From: Candidatus Blackallbacteria bacterium
GTDB lineage: Bacteria; Cyanobacteriota; Sericytochromatia; UBA7694
Assembly (NCBI GenBank): GCA_051715345.1
Contig: JBPXJQ010000004.1
Location: 89,019 to 110,668 of the forward strand
DNA length: 21,650 nucleotides
Direction: 5' to 3'
Shown in pieces: positions 7,657-15,452 of this stretch. The position numbers and the translations under genes are program-made. The notes under the pieces were generated by a model that saw only the letters and a list, made by a program, of their open reading frames with translations, was not told the DNA's origin and ran no database searches. Every line of letters starts with the position of its first letter. The stretch's first letter is position 1.

Positions 7657-8877
7657 TTACGCGCCTTCAACCACCTGCGCGATTTGGATCAAACGGTTTT
7701 CACTAAAGTCTTTGACGGCGCTGTAGAAGGTGTGGCTGTCCACGGGCACCCGGCGGCGCACATCACCGAGAGTCTGGCCGGTGGTCAGGCCCCAGAAACA
7801 GGCTTCGGCATGGGGGTCGATATTCTCGGGGGGGGCCTCGGCCAATTTAATCACCACCGAATCATCGGGGAACATCTCCAACATGACTTTGGTTTCGTCG
7901 CTGCGGCGCATGCCTTCGATAATCAAATGCATGACGGAGACCTGAATGGTGCGACCGGGGGGCTCTTCGTTTTCGTTAAACGAAAAGGTGCCATCGGTCC
8001 AGCCCATCATCTCATAAGCGGCCATGGGGCCGGTTAAAAAGGGCGGGGAGCCAGAGGTTTCGGCATAATGCACTTCGCCCCGCTGCAGGTAAATTTTGCC
8101 CGATTGGGGTTTGCTGTTGATCGTGACCGAACCCGTTTTGGCATCGTTGCCGAGCATTTGCAGAATATTGGGCGGAATGATCACCGAGAGGCTGCCGCGC
8201 ACAGCCCCTGTGTCGTCTTCTTCCATTAGGGTTTTCATTTCGCGGACCTCGGCCTCGGATTGTTCGAGCTTGCCGAGAATCATATTCAGTCGGGTATTGT
8301 CTTCTTTGAGCTTGTCGAGGGTTTGTTGCAGCAAGGTATAGAGCTGAGAGTTCTCAATTGCGATCGCAGCAATATTGGCCAAAGACGAAAAGAGAATCAG
8401 GTCGGTTTCGTCGAAGGTGCCTTCGATTTTATTGAGCACCTGCAAAATACCAATCACCTGATCGCCCGAACGCGACAAGGGCACACAGATAATGGAACGG
8501 GTTTGGAACTTGCTCTCTTCGTCCACGCCTTTGTAAAAGCGCTCGTCTTTGGTCACGTCGGGCACAATCAGAGGCCTGCCTGTTTCGGCGACATGGCCTG
8601 CAATCCCTGTGCCCACTGGAATGCGCATGCTCTCAACCACTTTGCCCGCTTCGCCCTGGGCAAAGTGAAAAACCAGCTCTTGGGTGCTTTTATCCAAAAG
8701 TGCCAGCGAAGAAGCTTCGGCATTCATCACGATTTTGGCCACGTCAATAATGGTACGCAGCAAGACATCCAACTCCATTGAGGAGTTAATGCTGTTGTTG
8801 ATTTCCAATAATACCTGAAAGCGTTCGACGAATTTCAGGGCTTCTTCGTGGTTCAGATTCTCGATATCTATATCCAT
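7657..8877 (-). CDS. Protein with a GAF domain, a coiled-coil and a DUF4388 domain. It is a putative sensor or regulator.
   Basis: This is a 406-aa ORF. The N-terminal ~180 aa have a GAF-like pattern (LLRTIIDVAKIVMNAEASSLALLD...GIAGHVAETGRPLIVPDV...SIICVPL...GILQVLNK). A coiled-coil segment follows (LQQTLDKLKEDNTRLNMILGKLEQSEAEVREMK). Then comes a DUF4388-like block (GSLSVIIPPNILQMLGNDAKTGSVTINS...GKIYLQRGEVHYAE...GTFSF). The RBS GAGGT lies 6 nt upstream of the ATG. Confidence 0.7.
   Translation of the reverse strand: MDIDIENLNHEEALKFVERFQVLLEINNSINSSMELDVLLRTIIDVAKIVMNAEASSLALLDKSTQELVFHFAQGEAGKVVESMRIPVGTGIAGHVAETGRPLIVPDVTKDERFYKGVDEESKFQTRSIICVPLSRSGDQVIGILQVLNKIEGTFDETDLILFSSLANIAAIAIENSQLYTLLQQTLDKLKEDNTRLNMILGKLEQSEAEVREMKTLMEEDDTGAVRGSLSVIIPPNILQMLGNDAKTGSVTINSKPQSGKIYLQRGEVHYAETSGSPPFLTGPMAAYEMMGWTDGTFSFNENEEPPGRTIQVSVMHLIIEGMRRSDETKVMLEMFPDDSVVIKLAEAPPENIDPHAEACFWGLTTGQTLGDVRRRVPVDSHTFYSAVKDFSENRLIQIAQVVEGA
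7838..7845. repeat. G8/C8 homopolymer tract inside the GAF-DUF4388 CDS.
   Basis: The sequence ctcgggggggggcctc contains 8 consecutive G. On the coding strand it reads GCC CCC CCC GAG, encoding APPE. This is the longest homopolymer I noticed in the window. Confidence 0.5.
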
Positions 8878-8934
8878 GCACTACCTCAACACTTAGCTTT
8901 CAGCGAATCGTAAAGATATTATTACACATTCCGC

Positions 8935-10590
8935 TTAACCGGGAAACAGCCGAACAATATTGCTCTGGGCTCGCACTTCGAGTTCTTCGGGCTTTTCTGC
9001 GCTTTTGTCGCCCACGGCTTTGTAAAAGTCGGTATTGTAGGGGCGGGTGCGAATCACCACCGGCATGGGCACAGCATAACCCAAGATCAGCGCCTGTTGT
9101 TTGGGATCGAGCTGCGAGAGCACCGTGCGCAAACTCTGGCTGCCACTCACGCCCGTAAAAACCGCGTCAATGTCTTTGTCGTCGTTGAGCAGGGCCGTGA
9201 TGCGTGTGCCGACCTGGCTGAGAATTTCGCTGTCGATGCTCGACGGGCGCTGATCGACAATCAGCAGGGTGACTGAATATTTGCGCATCTCACGGGCGAT
9301 GGTGCCAAAGATCGTCTGACGGGCAATCGCCGGAGCCAAAAATTTATGCGCCTCTTCGATCGTGATCACCAATTGGCGGGGTTTGACGTTGTTGAGCGGG
9401 TCGGCGTTGTAGATGTCGGATTTATCGACATAGCTCTGGTGAATCCGGCGGGTGATGATATTGGTGGCCAGCATATAACTGAGCAGGCTGTTGTGGCCGC
9501 CAAATTCGAGCACCACGTGTTTGCCGCTTTCGAGGTATTTCAGAATCATCTGAATCGCGTCGCCACTGCCCTCATCTTTGATATAACTCAGGTTCGTGAC
9601 CTTGATCAATTTGCGCTGCAGGGCCTTGAGCGCACCGCTGTGGCCCTTGGCACTGGCGACAAAGTCGTCGATCTCGTTGGCCGACATCTGCAAAAATTGC
9701 TTGAGCCAATTGCGGCCCAGGGCCTCTTCGAGAATCATCGCCGACTCAATGCTGGCCTCGGAGAGATTGAGTTCCTGTTTGATCAGGGCCAGGTCTTCGA
9801 TCTGGATCTGGCGCAGAGGAATGCTGAGTTCTTGGGCATCTTTGATTCCGCGCTGGCGCGAGGACTTGAGATCGAGGGTAAAAACCACCACATCGCGGCC
9901 AAAGAGCTGTTTAAGGCCTTTGACCACTTTTTCGCCTTTGTTTTCACTCAGGGCCTGCCAGCCATATTCGTTGTGCATGTCAAAGATCAAATTGACAGCC
10001 ACCTGCTTTTTGATAATCCCTGAAAGCACGAGCCGGGTTAAAAAAGACTTGCCTGTGCCGGATTTGCCAAAAATCGCGTTACTGCGTTCGACCAACCGGT
10101 CGAGATCGAGACAGAGCGGCACGTCCATATCCAGGGGCATGCCAATAAAAAAACGGGCCTTGTGTGGATCGTCTTCTTGGCCAAAAACGGTGGCAAAATC
10201 TTGCTCTGAAGCGACCTTCACGGGGGCAAAATGGGAGGGAATGGTTTTGACTGGGCGCAATTCCTCTTCGGGGTCGGCGTCAGCACTGAGGGCATTTTTT
10301 TCGAGCATCAACATCGGCTGGAGCGAAACCGTGCCCAAGGTGCCTGTGCCCTGCAAAATCTGAGCCAAAAAATCGCCCTGAGCTGGCGGGTTGAGCAAAA
10401 TCTGGGGATTGGAGGTGGTCAGAGCGACATCGGTGATCAGGCAGAAAAAGCGCTTGAGCTGGCCTTCGACCACCACAAATTGCCCCACGCGAATGTCTTC
10501 CACGTTCTGATCAGCTGCCAGCCGCATTTTTAAGCCACCCGAAAGTGAACCTTCAATAATGGTGCCCAAAACAGGGGAGGGATGAGGCAA
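8935..10590 (-). CDS. HerA-like ATPase of the DUF87 / FtsK-HerA P-loop superfamily, with an N-terminal HAS-barrel.
   Basis: This is a 551-aa ORF. The N-terminal beta-rich segment MPHPSPVLGTIIEGSLSGGLKMRLAADQN...VGQFVVVEGQLKRFFCLITDV resembles the HerA HAS-barrel. The Walker A motif is FGKSGTGKSFLTRLV. A later hydrophobic strand ending in acidic residues, VVLEFGGHN or LLIVDQRPS, is a Walker-B candidate. The C-terminus LILGYAVPMPVVIRTRP is typical of HerA/DUF87 ends. Confidence 0.7.
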   Translation of the reverse strand: MPHPSPVLGTIIEGSLSGGLKMRLAADQNVEDIRVGQFVVVEGQLKRFFCLITDVALTTSNPQILLNPPAQGDFLAQILQGTGTLGTVSLQPMLMLEKNALSADADPEEELRPVKTIPSHFAPVKVASEQDFATVFGQEDDPHKARFFIGMPLDMDVPLCLDLDRLVERSNAIFGKSGTGKSFLTRLVLSGIIKKQVAVNLIFDMHNEYGWQALSENKGEKVVKGLKQLFGRDVVVFTLDLKSSRQRGIKDAQELSIPLRQIQIEDLALIKQELNLSEASIESAMILEEALGRNWLKQFLQMSANEIDDFVASAKGHSGALKALQRKLIKVTNLSYIKDEGSGDAIQMILKYLESGKHVVLEFGGHNSLLSYMLATNIITRRIHQSYVDKSDIYNADPLNNVKPRQLVITIEEAHKFLAPAIARQTIFGTIAREMRKYSVTLLIVDQRPSSIDSEILSQVGTRITALLNDDKDIDAVFTGVSGSQSLRTVLSQLDPKQQALILGYAVPMPVVIRTRPYNTDFYKAVGDKSAEKPEELEVRAQSNIVRLFPG

Positions 10591-10627
10591 ACGGGGTCTC
10601 CTTTTGAAGCCTGTTTTGCGACAAGCT

Positions 10628-10653
10628 AAATACAGATGTATACATCTATATTT
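10628..10653. promoter_or_regulatory. Near-perfect 26-bp palindrome with a perfect 14-bp core AGATGTATACATCT at 10634..10647. It is a candidate operator in the promoter region of the HerA-like gene.
   Basis: AAATACAGATGTATACATCTATATTT has a reverse complement that differs at only 2 symmetric positions. It lies in the 105-bp intergenic gap between the DHOD-like stop at 10696 and the HerA-like start at 10590, about 40-60 nt upstream of that ATG on the minus strand. The context is AT-rich. Confidence 0.5.
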
Positions 10654-10695
10654 TACCGCAAAAAGCAGAAGAAAACCAGTGGTTTTAAGTGGCCG

Positions 10696-11709
10696 CTAGA
10701 GTGTCAGAGATGAATGCCCCGTATAACCCCCCTGCAACATTTTGACATATTGCACCCGTTCAAAAGCAGAGGGGTCGGGGCAGTACATTTGGCTGACACT
10801 GCCCTGCAATTGGCGAATAGAATCATATTCATGTTCTTCCAGCCAATGGATCAGCTCCAATTCCAGTGTGCGCACATAGCCAATACCCCGGCGCAGCAAA
10901 ACCGAGGCCATTTGGGTAATTTTGGCGCCCGCCATCAGCAATTTGAGCACGTCTTTGGCCTGATGCACCCCTGTGCTGGCAGCCAGATCGGCTTCTATCC
11001 GGCCAAAGAGCAATCCGATCCAGGTCAGAGGCAGGCGCAATTCCTGGGGCGAACTCAAGAGCAAATGGGGCTCGACCTCCAAGGTCTCGATATTGATGTC
11101 TGGCTGGTAAAAGCGATTAAACAGCACCAAGCCATCGGCACCCAGCGCCGAAAGCTGGTGGGCAAAATGACCAAAATTGGTAAAAAACGGGCTCAGTTTT
11201 ACGGCCACAGGAATCGTGATACTGCATTTGATCTCATGCACAATGTCGAGATAGTTTTGCTCGATCACCGCTGCTGAGAGCATGGGATCGGTTGGGATTT
11301 GATAAAGATTGAGTTCAAGCGCATTGGCCCCAGCCGCTTCCAGCTCTTTGGCATAGCGAATCCAGCCCCCCCGACTGTAGCCATTGAGACTGGCAATAAT
11401 CGGGATTTTGAGGGATTGCCGGGCAGCGGCAATATGTTCGAGATAGCGTTCGGGGCCCACGTGAAAATGGGGCGAACCCGGAAAAAAACTCTGGGCTTCG
11501 GCAAAGCTATCGCTGGCAAAGCTGTGGTAATGCTCCAATTCATCGTGGCTTTGCACCAATTGTTCTTCAAACAGGGAGTGCATGACCACAGCTGAAATAC
11601 CCGCTTCTTCCAAGGCGCGGATATTGTCGAGGTTTTCGGAAAGGGGAGAGGCAGAGGCCACCAAAGGTGTGCGCAATTCCATGCCCAGATAATGGGTAGA
11701 CAGATCCAT
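10696..11709 (-). CDS. Dihydroorotate dehydrogenase-like TIM-barrel flavoprotein, the DHOD-family partner commonly found next to PFOR.
   Basis: This is a 337-aa ORF. MDLSTHYLGMELRTPLVASASPLSENLDNIRALEEAGISAVVMHSLFEEQ matches the N-terminal signature of DHOD-like proteins found downstream of por/nifJ. The ATG is 2 nt after the nifJ TAA (TAAaaATG). A GGAGA RBS sits inside the nifJ 3' end. Confidence 0.8.
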   Translation of the reverse strand: MDLSTHYLGMELRTPLVASASPLSENLDNIRALEEAGISAVVMHSLFEEQLVQSHDELEHYHSFASDSFAEAQSFFPGSPHFHVGPERYLEHIAAARQSLKIPIIASLNGYSRGGWIRYAKELEAAGANALELNLYQIPTDPMLSAAVIEQNYLDIVHEIKCSITIPVAVKLSPFFTNFGHFAHQLSALGADGLVLFNRFYQPDINIETLEVEPHLLLSSPQELRLPLTWIGLLFGRIEADLAASTGVHQAKDVLKLLMAGAKITQMASVLLRRGIGYVRTLELELIHWLEEHEYDSIRQLQGSVSQMYCPDPSAFERVQYVKMLQGGYTGHSSLTL

Positions 11710-11711
11710 TT

Positions 11712-14700
11712 TTAATTTTCTCCTTGGTTCGGGGTCGTTTCAGCCATCTGCTGGTAGAGTTTCCAGCGGGAATGAATTTCTTGTTGGGCCTGTTCCAACA
11801 AGAGTTGGGCCTGTTGGGGCCGTGTGCTGCCCAGCAAACGGAAGCGATTTTGCCGGTCGTAGTAATTTTTGAGCGGCATTTTCGGACCTTTGCTGTCGAG
11901 TTGCAAGGGTGATTCCCCTTTTTCGGTGCGCGCAGGGTGATAGCGATAAAGTGGCCAGGCCCCGCTGTCTACCGCTGCTTTGTGTTCTTGCATGCCCGTA
12001 TTCATGGGAATGCCGTGGGCGATACAGTGGCTGTAGGCAATAATAATCGAAGGGCCAGGCCAGGCTTCGGCCTCCAAGAAGGCCCGCAGGGTCTGCTCAT
12101 CTTTGGCACCCATGGCCACTTTCGCCACATAGACATGGCCATAAGTCATGGCCATCATGCCCAGGTCTTTTTTGCCCAGGGGTTTGCCCCCGGTGGCAAA
12201 TTTGGCCACGGCCCCTTTGGGCGTCGATTTGGACATCTGCCCGCCGGTATTGGAATAGACTTCGGTATCGAGTACCAAAATATTCACATTGGCCCCACTG
12301 GCCAGCACATGATCGAGACCCCCAAAGCCTATGTCATAGGCCCAACCATCACCGCCAACCATCCACAGGCTCTTGCGCACCAAGGCATCAGCCAATTCCA
12401 TCAATTGTTGAACCTGTTGCGCTTGGGATGGTTCAAGGCCTTGAGACAGTTCAGCCAGTGCAGTTTTGAGTACATTGACCCTTTCGCGTTGGGCATAAAT
12501 TTCGGACTCCTCACTTTGGTCGGCCCCAATCAGGGCCTGCACCAGATTCCAGTCCAAGGCCGGCTCTAATTTGAGCAATAATTCCAGCGCCATTTCCTGT
12601 TGTTTGTCCAGGGCCAAACGCAGCCCCAGTCCAAATTCGGCATTGTCTTCAAAGAGTGAATTGGACCAAGCCGGTCCCCGACCTTCGCTGTTTTGGCTCC
12701 AGGGGGTGGTGGGCAAATTGCCACCATAAATTGAGGAACAGCCCGTGGCATTGGCCACCAGCAGCCGGTCACCAAAGAGTTGGCTGAGCAATTTGAGATA
12801 AGGCGTTTCGCCGCAGCCAGCACAGGCGCCCGAAAATTCAAACAGCGGCAACATGACTTGTTGCTGGCGCACGGAGGTCTGTTTGATCATGCTGCGCTTG
12901 AGTTCTGGCAATTTCAGGAAATAATCCCAATTTTCGACCTCGACGGCCTTGTGAGCGGGTTGGGGAGACATATTGATGGCTTTGAGCCGGGCCTCGGATT
13001 TGTTGCGGGCAGGGCAGACGTCGACGCAGATGCCACAACCGGTACAGTCTTCGGGGGCGACCTGAAGGGTATAATTGAGGCCGTCCCAACTGCGCTCGCT
13101 GGCAGAGACCGAGCGAAACCCAGCTGGGGCCGTGTTTAACAAAGCGGGTTCGTAAACCTTGGCGCGGATCGCGGCGTGGGGGCAGACCAGGGCACATTTG
13201 TTGCACTGAATGCAGACAGCCGGATCCCAGATCGGGATTTCGGCTGCCAGATTGCGTTTTTCCCATTGTGAGGTGGCCGTGGGATAGGTTCCATCGACAG
13301 GCAGGGCACTGACAGGCAAGAGATCACCTCTGCCAGCCAACATCGCACCCAACACGTTTTGAACAAATGCGGGGGCATTTGTCGGGACAGAGAGATGACG
13401 TTCACGGGTGCTGTTGCAGGTTTCTGGCAGGGGAATCTGATAGAGATGGGACAGGGTCTGATCGACGGCCTCCAGATTGCGTTGGATTACCGCTTCGCCT
13501 TTGGCGGCATACGATTTGCGAATGGCTCCCCGGATCGCATCGAGGGCCTGTTCGCGGGGTAAAACTTCTGAAATGGCAAAGAAACAGGTTTGCATGATCG
13601 TATTGATGCGGCCACGCATGCCACTCATATTGGCCACCCGTCCGGCATCGATCACATAGAAGTGGGCTTTTTGTTCAATTAAACGGGCCTGAACGGGGTG
13701 AGGGAGCTGGTCCCAGACGGTCTCTTTGTCCAAAGGACTGTTGAGCAGAAAAACGCCCCCCGGCAACAGGGCATCAAGCAAATCTGGCCGCTCCAAAAAC
13801 ATCGGCTGGTGACAGGCAATAAAATGGGCCTGCTGAATCAAATAAGGGGCTTCAAAACGCTCAGGGCCAAAACGCAGATGCGAAATGGTAATGGCCCCAG
13901 CTTTTTTGGAATCGTAGACAAAATAGCCTTGGGCGTGTTGCGCGGTTTCTTCGCCAATGATCTTGATCGTGTTTTTATTGGCGCCGACGGTACCATCAGA
14001 GCCCAGACCATAGAAGATGCCACAATTGGCCGCCTCCGGCTCATGAAAAAGCAGGGGATCATAAGCCAAATGGGTAAAGCTGACATCGTCTTCGATCCCA
14101 ATTGTAAAGCCGTGTTTGAGTTGAGCACTGTTTAAATGGGCAAAGATGCCTTCGGCCATCGCCGGGGTAAACTCTTTTGAGGAAAGGCCAAAACGCCCGC
14201 CAATGATTTTGGGAAATTCTGCCAAATCGCCCAGCATATGGGCCTGTTGCAGCGCAGCGACAACATCAAGAAAGAGAGGCTCCCCCCCACTGCCGGGTTC
14301 CTTGCAACGATCCAGCACAGCCACCCGTTTGACACTGTTAGGCAGGGCCGAGACAAAAGCCGAAGCTCCAAACGGCCGATAGAGTCGGACCTTGAGCACC
14401 CCCACTTTTTCGCCACGTGCATTGCATTGCTGAACGGCCCGAAGAACCGTTTCGGCCCCTGAACCCATCACCACAATCACCCTTTCGGCTTCTGGATGGC
14501 CCTGGTATTCGTAGAGCTTGTACTGACGTCCAGTCAAGCTGGCAAATTGGTCCATCTGGGCCTGCAAAAGGGTGGGCAGGGCGGCATAAAAGGGATTTAC
14601 GGTTTCGCGCGACTGAAAGTAGACATCGGGATTTTGGGCTGTGCCCCGAATAAACGGGTGTTCAGGGGAGAGGGCCCGCTTGCGATGCGCTTGAATCCAA

Positions 14701-15299
14701 AGGGGATCGATCAGGGTTTTTAAGACCGTGTCACTCAAGACCTGAATTTTGCTGATTTCATGTGACGTGCGAAAGCCATCAAAGAAGTGGATAAAGGGGA
14801 TTCGACTCTGCAAACTGGCTGCCTGGGACAAGAGCGCAAAGTCGTGGGCCTCTTGGACACTGTTTGAGGCCAACAGGGCGCAACCTGTACCACGGCAAGC
14901 CATCACATCGCTGTGATCACCAAAGATCGAGAGGCCCTGGGCGGCCAAGGCACGCGAAGCCACGTGCAGAACCAGTGGCGTCAATTCTCCCGCTATTTTG
15001 TATAAATTGGGAATCATCAGCAAGAGGCCTTGGGAAGCCGTAAAACTGGTGGCCAGGGTGCCGCCTTGCAGAGCACCATGTAAAGCTCCCGCTGCGCCGC
15101 CTTCGCTTTGCATTTCAACCAGACGGGGCACGGTGCCCCAAAGATTGGGCCGGGCGGCGGAAGCCCAGCTGTCTGACCATTCACCCATGGAAGAAGAGGG
15201 GGTGATTGGATAAAGGGCAATAACTTCATTCAGCCGATAGGCAATATCTGCAACGGCTTCATTGCCGTCCATGGTTTGGGCTATTTCTGCGTGCTGCAT
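11712..15299 (-). CDS. nifJ: Pyruvate:ferredoxin (flavodoxin) oxidoreductase, the single-polypeptide NifJ/Por type.
   Basis: This is a 1195-aa ORF. The N-terminus MQHAEIAQTMDGNEAVADIAYRLNEVIALYPITPSSSMGEW is canonical for PFOR. Two 4Fe-4S ferredoxin motifs are present (CIQCNKCALVCPHAA and CTGCGICVDVCPA). The TPP-binding motif GGDGWAYDIGFGGLDHV is present. The RBS GGAGA lies 5 nt upstream of the ATG. Confidence 0.95.
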   Translation of the reverse strand: MQHAEIAQTMDGNEAVADIAYRLNEVIALYPITPSSSMGEWSDSWASAARPNLWGTVPRLVEMQSEGGAAGALHGALQGGTLATSFTASQGLLLMIPNLYKIAGELTPLVLHVASRALAAQGLSIFGDHSDVMACRGTGCALLASNSVQEAHDFALLSQAASLQSRIPFIHFFDGFRTSHEISKIQVLSDTVLKTLIDPLWIQAHRKRALSPEHPFIRGTAQNPDVYFQSRETVNPFYAALPTLLQAQMDQFASLTGRQYKLYEYQGHPEAERVIVVMGSGAETVLRAVQQCNARGEKVGVLKVRLYRPFGASAFVSALPNSVKRVAVLDRCKEPGSGGEPLFLDVVAALQQAHMLGDLAEFPKIIGGRFGLSSKEFTPAMAEGIFAHLNSAQLKHGFTIGIEDDVSFTHLAYDPLLFHEPEAANCGIFYGLGSDGTVGANKNTIKIIGEETAQHAQGYFVYDSKKAGAITISHLRFGPERFEAPYLIQQAHFIACHQPMFLERPDLLDALLPGGVFLLNSPLDKETVWDQLPHPVQARLIEQKAHFYVIDAGRVANMSGMRGRINTIMQTCFFAISEVLPREQALDAIRGAIRKSYAAKGEAVIQRNLEAVDQTLSHLYQIPLPETCNSTRERHLSVPTNAPAFVQNVLGAMLAGRGDLLPVSALPVDGTYPTATSQWEKRNLAAEIPIWDPAVCIQCNKCALVCPHAAIRAKVYEPALLNTAPAGFRSVSASERSWDGLNYTLQVAPEDCTGCGICVDVCPARNKSEARLKAINMSPQPAHKAVEVENWDYFLKLPELKRSMIKQTSVRQQQVMLPLFEFSGACAGCGETPYLKLLSQLFGDRLLVANATGCSSIYGGNLPTTPWSQNSEGRGPAWSNSLFEDNAEFGLGLRLALDKQQEMALELLLKLEPALDWNLVQALIGADQSEESEIYAQRERVNVLKTALAELSQGLEPSQAQQVQQLMELADALVRKSLWMVGGDGWAYDIGFGGLDHVLASGANVNILVLDTEVYSNTGGQMSKSTPKGAVAKFATGGKPLGKKDLGMMAMTYGHVYVAKVAMGAKDEQTLRAFLEAEAWPGPSIIIAYSHCIAHGIPMNTGMQEHKAAVDSGAWPLYRYHPARTEKGESPLQLDSKGPKMPLKNYYDRQNRFRLLGSTRPQQAQLLLEQAQQEIHSRWKLYQQMAETTPNQGEN

Positions 15300-15429
15300 C
15301 GAGCTCTCCTGTTAAGCAAAATCCCTGTTTGCCCTCTGAGATGGTTGAGAATGTAGATCAATGCAGAGAGCGGGTATTAATAGCATAATCAGGAAGGCAC
15401 AAAATTTCCTGAGGCTGGATCAAAGGCAG

Positions 15430-15447
15430 AATTGATTCAGATCAATT
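15430..15447 (-). terminator. Small hairpin with a 7-bp stem and 4-nt loop, 5 nt after the stop of the REC-DUF4388 gene. Its terminator function is doubtful.
   Basis: The sequence is aattgat-tcag-atcaatt. On the minus strand no U-tract follows it, so it is weak as an intrinsic terminator. It could instead be a protein-binding site in the nifJ upstream region. Confidence 0.25.
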
Positions 15448-15452
15448 TTGAA

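Noticed and set aside
9346-10363. Long antisense ORFs (225 and 255 aa) inside the HerA-like gene, and similar ones (7684..8781, 10714..11277, 11937..12569, 15723..16622) inside other genes.
   Set aside because: The opposite strand carries a far longer ORF with clear P-loop, GAF, PFOR or REC motifs. The antisense translations are low-complexity with no RBS, so they are shadow ORFs.
15430-15447. The hairpin after the REC-DUF4388 stop as a rho-independent terminator.
   Set aside because: The stem is AT-rich and no U-run follows on the minus strand. It is kept only as a low-confidence feature. Read-through into nifJ remains possible.
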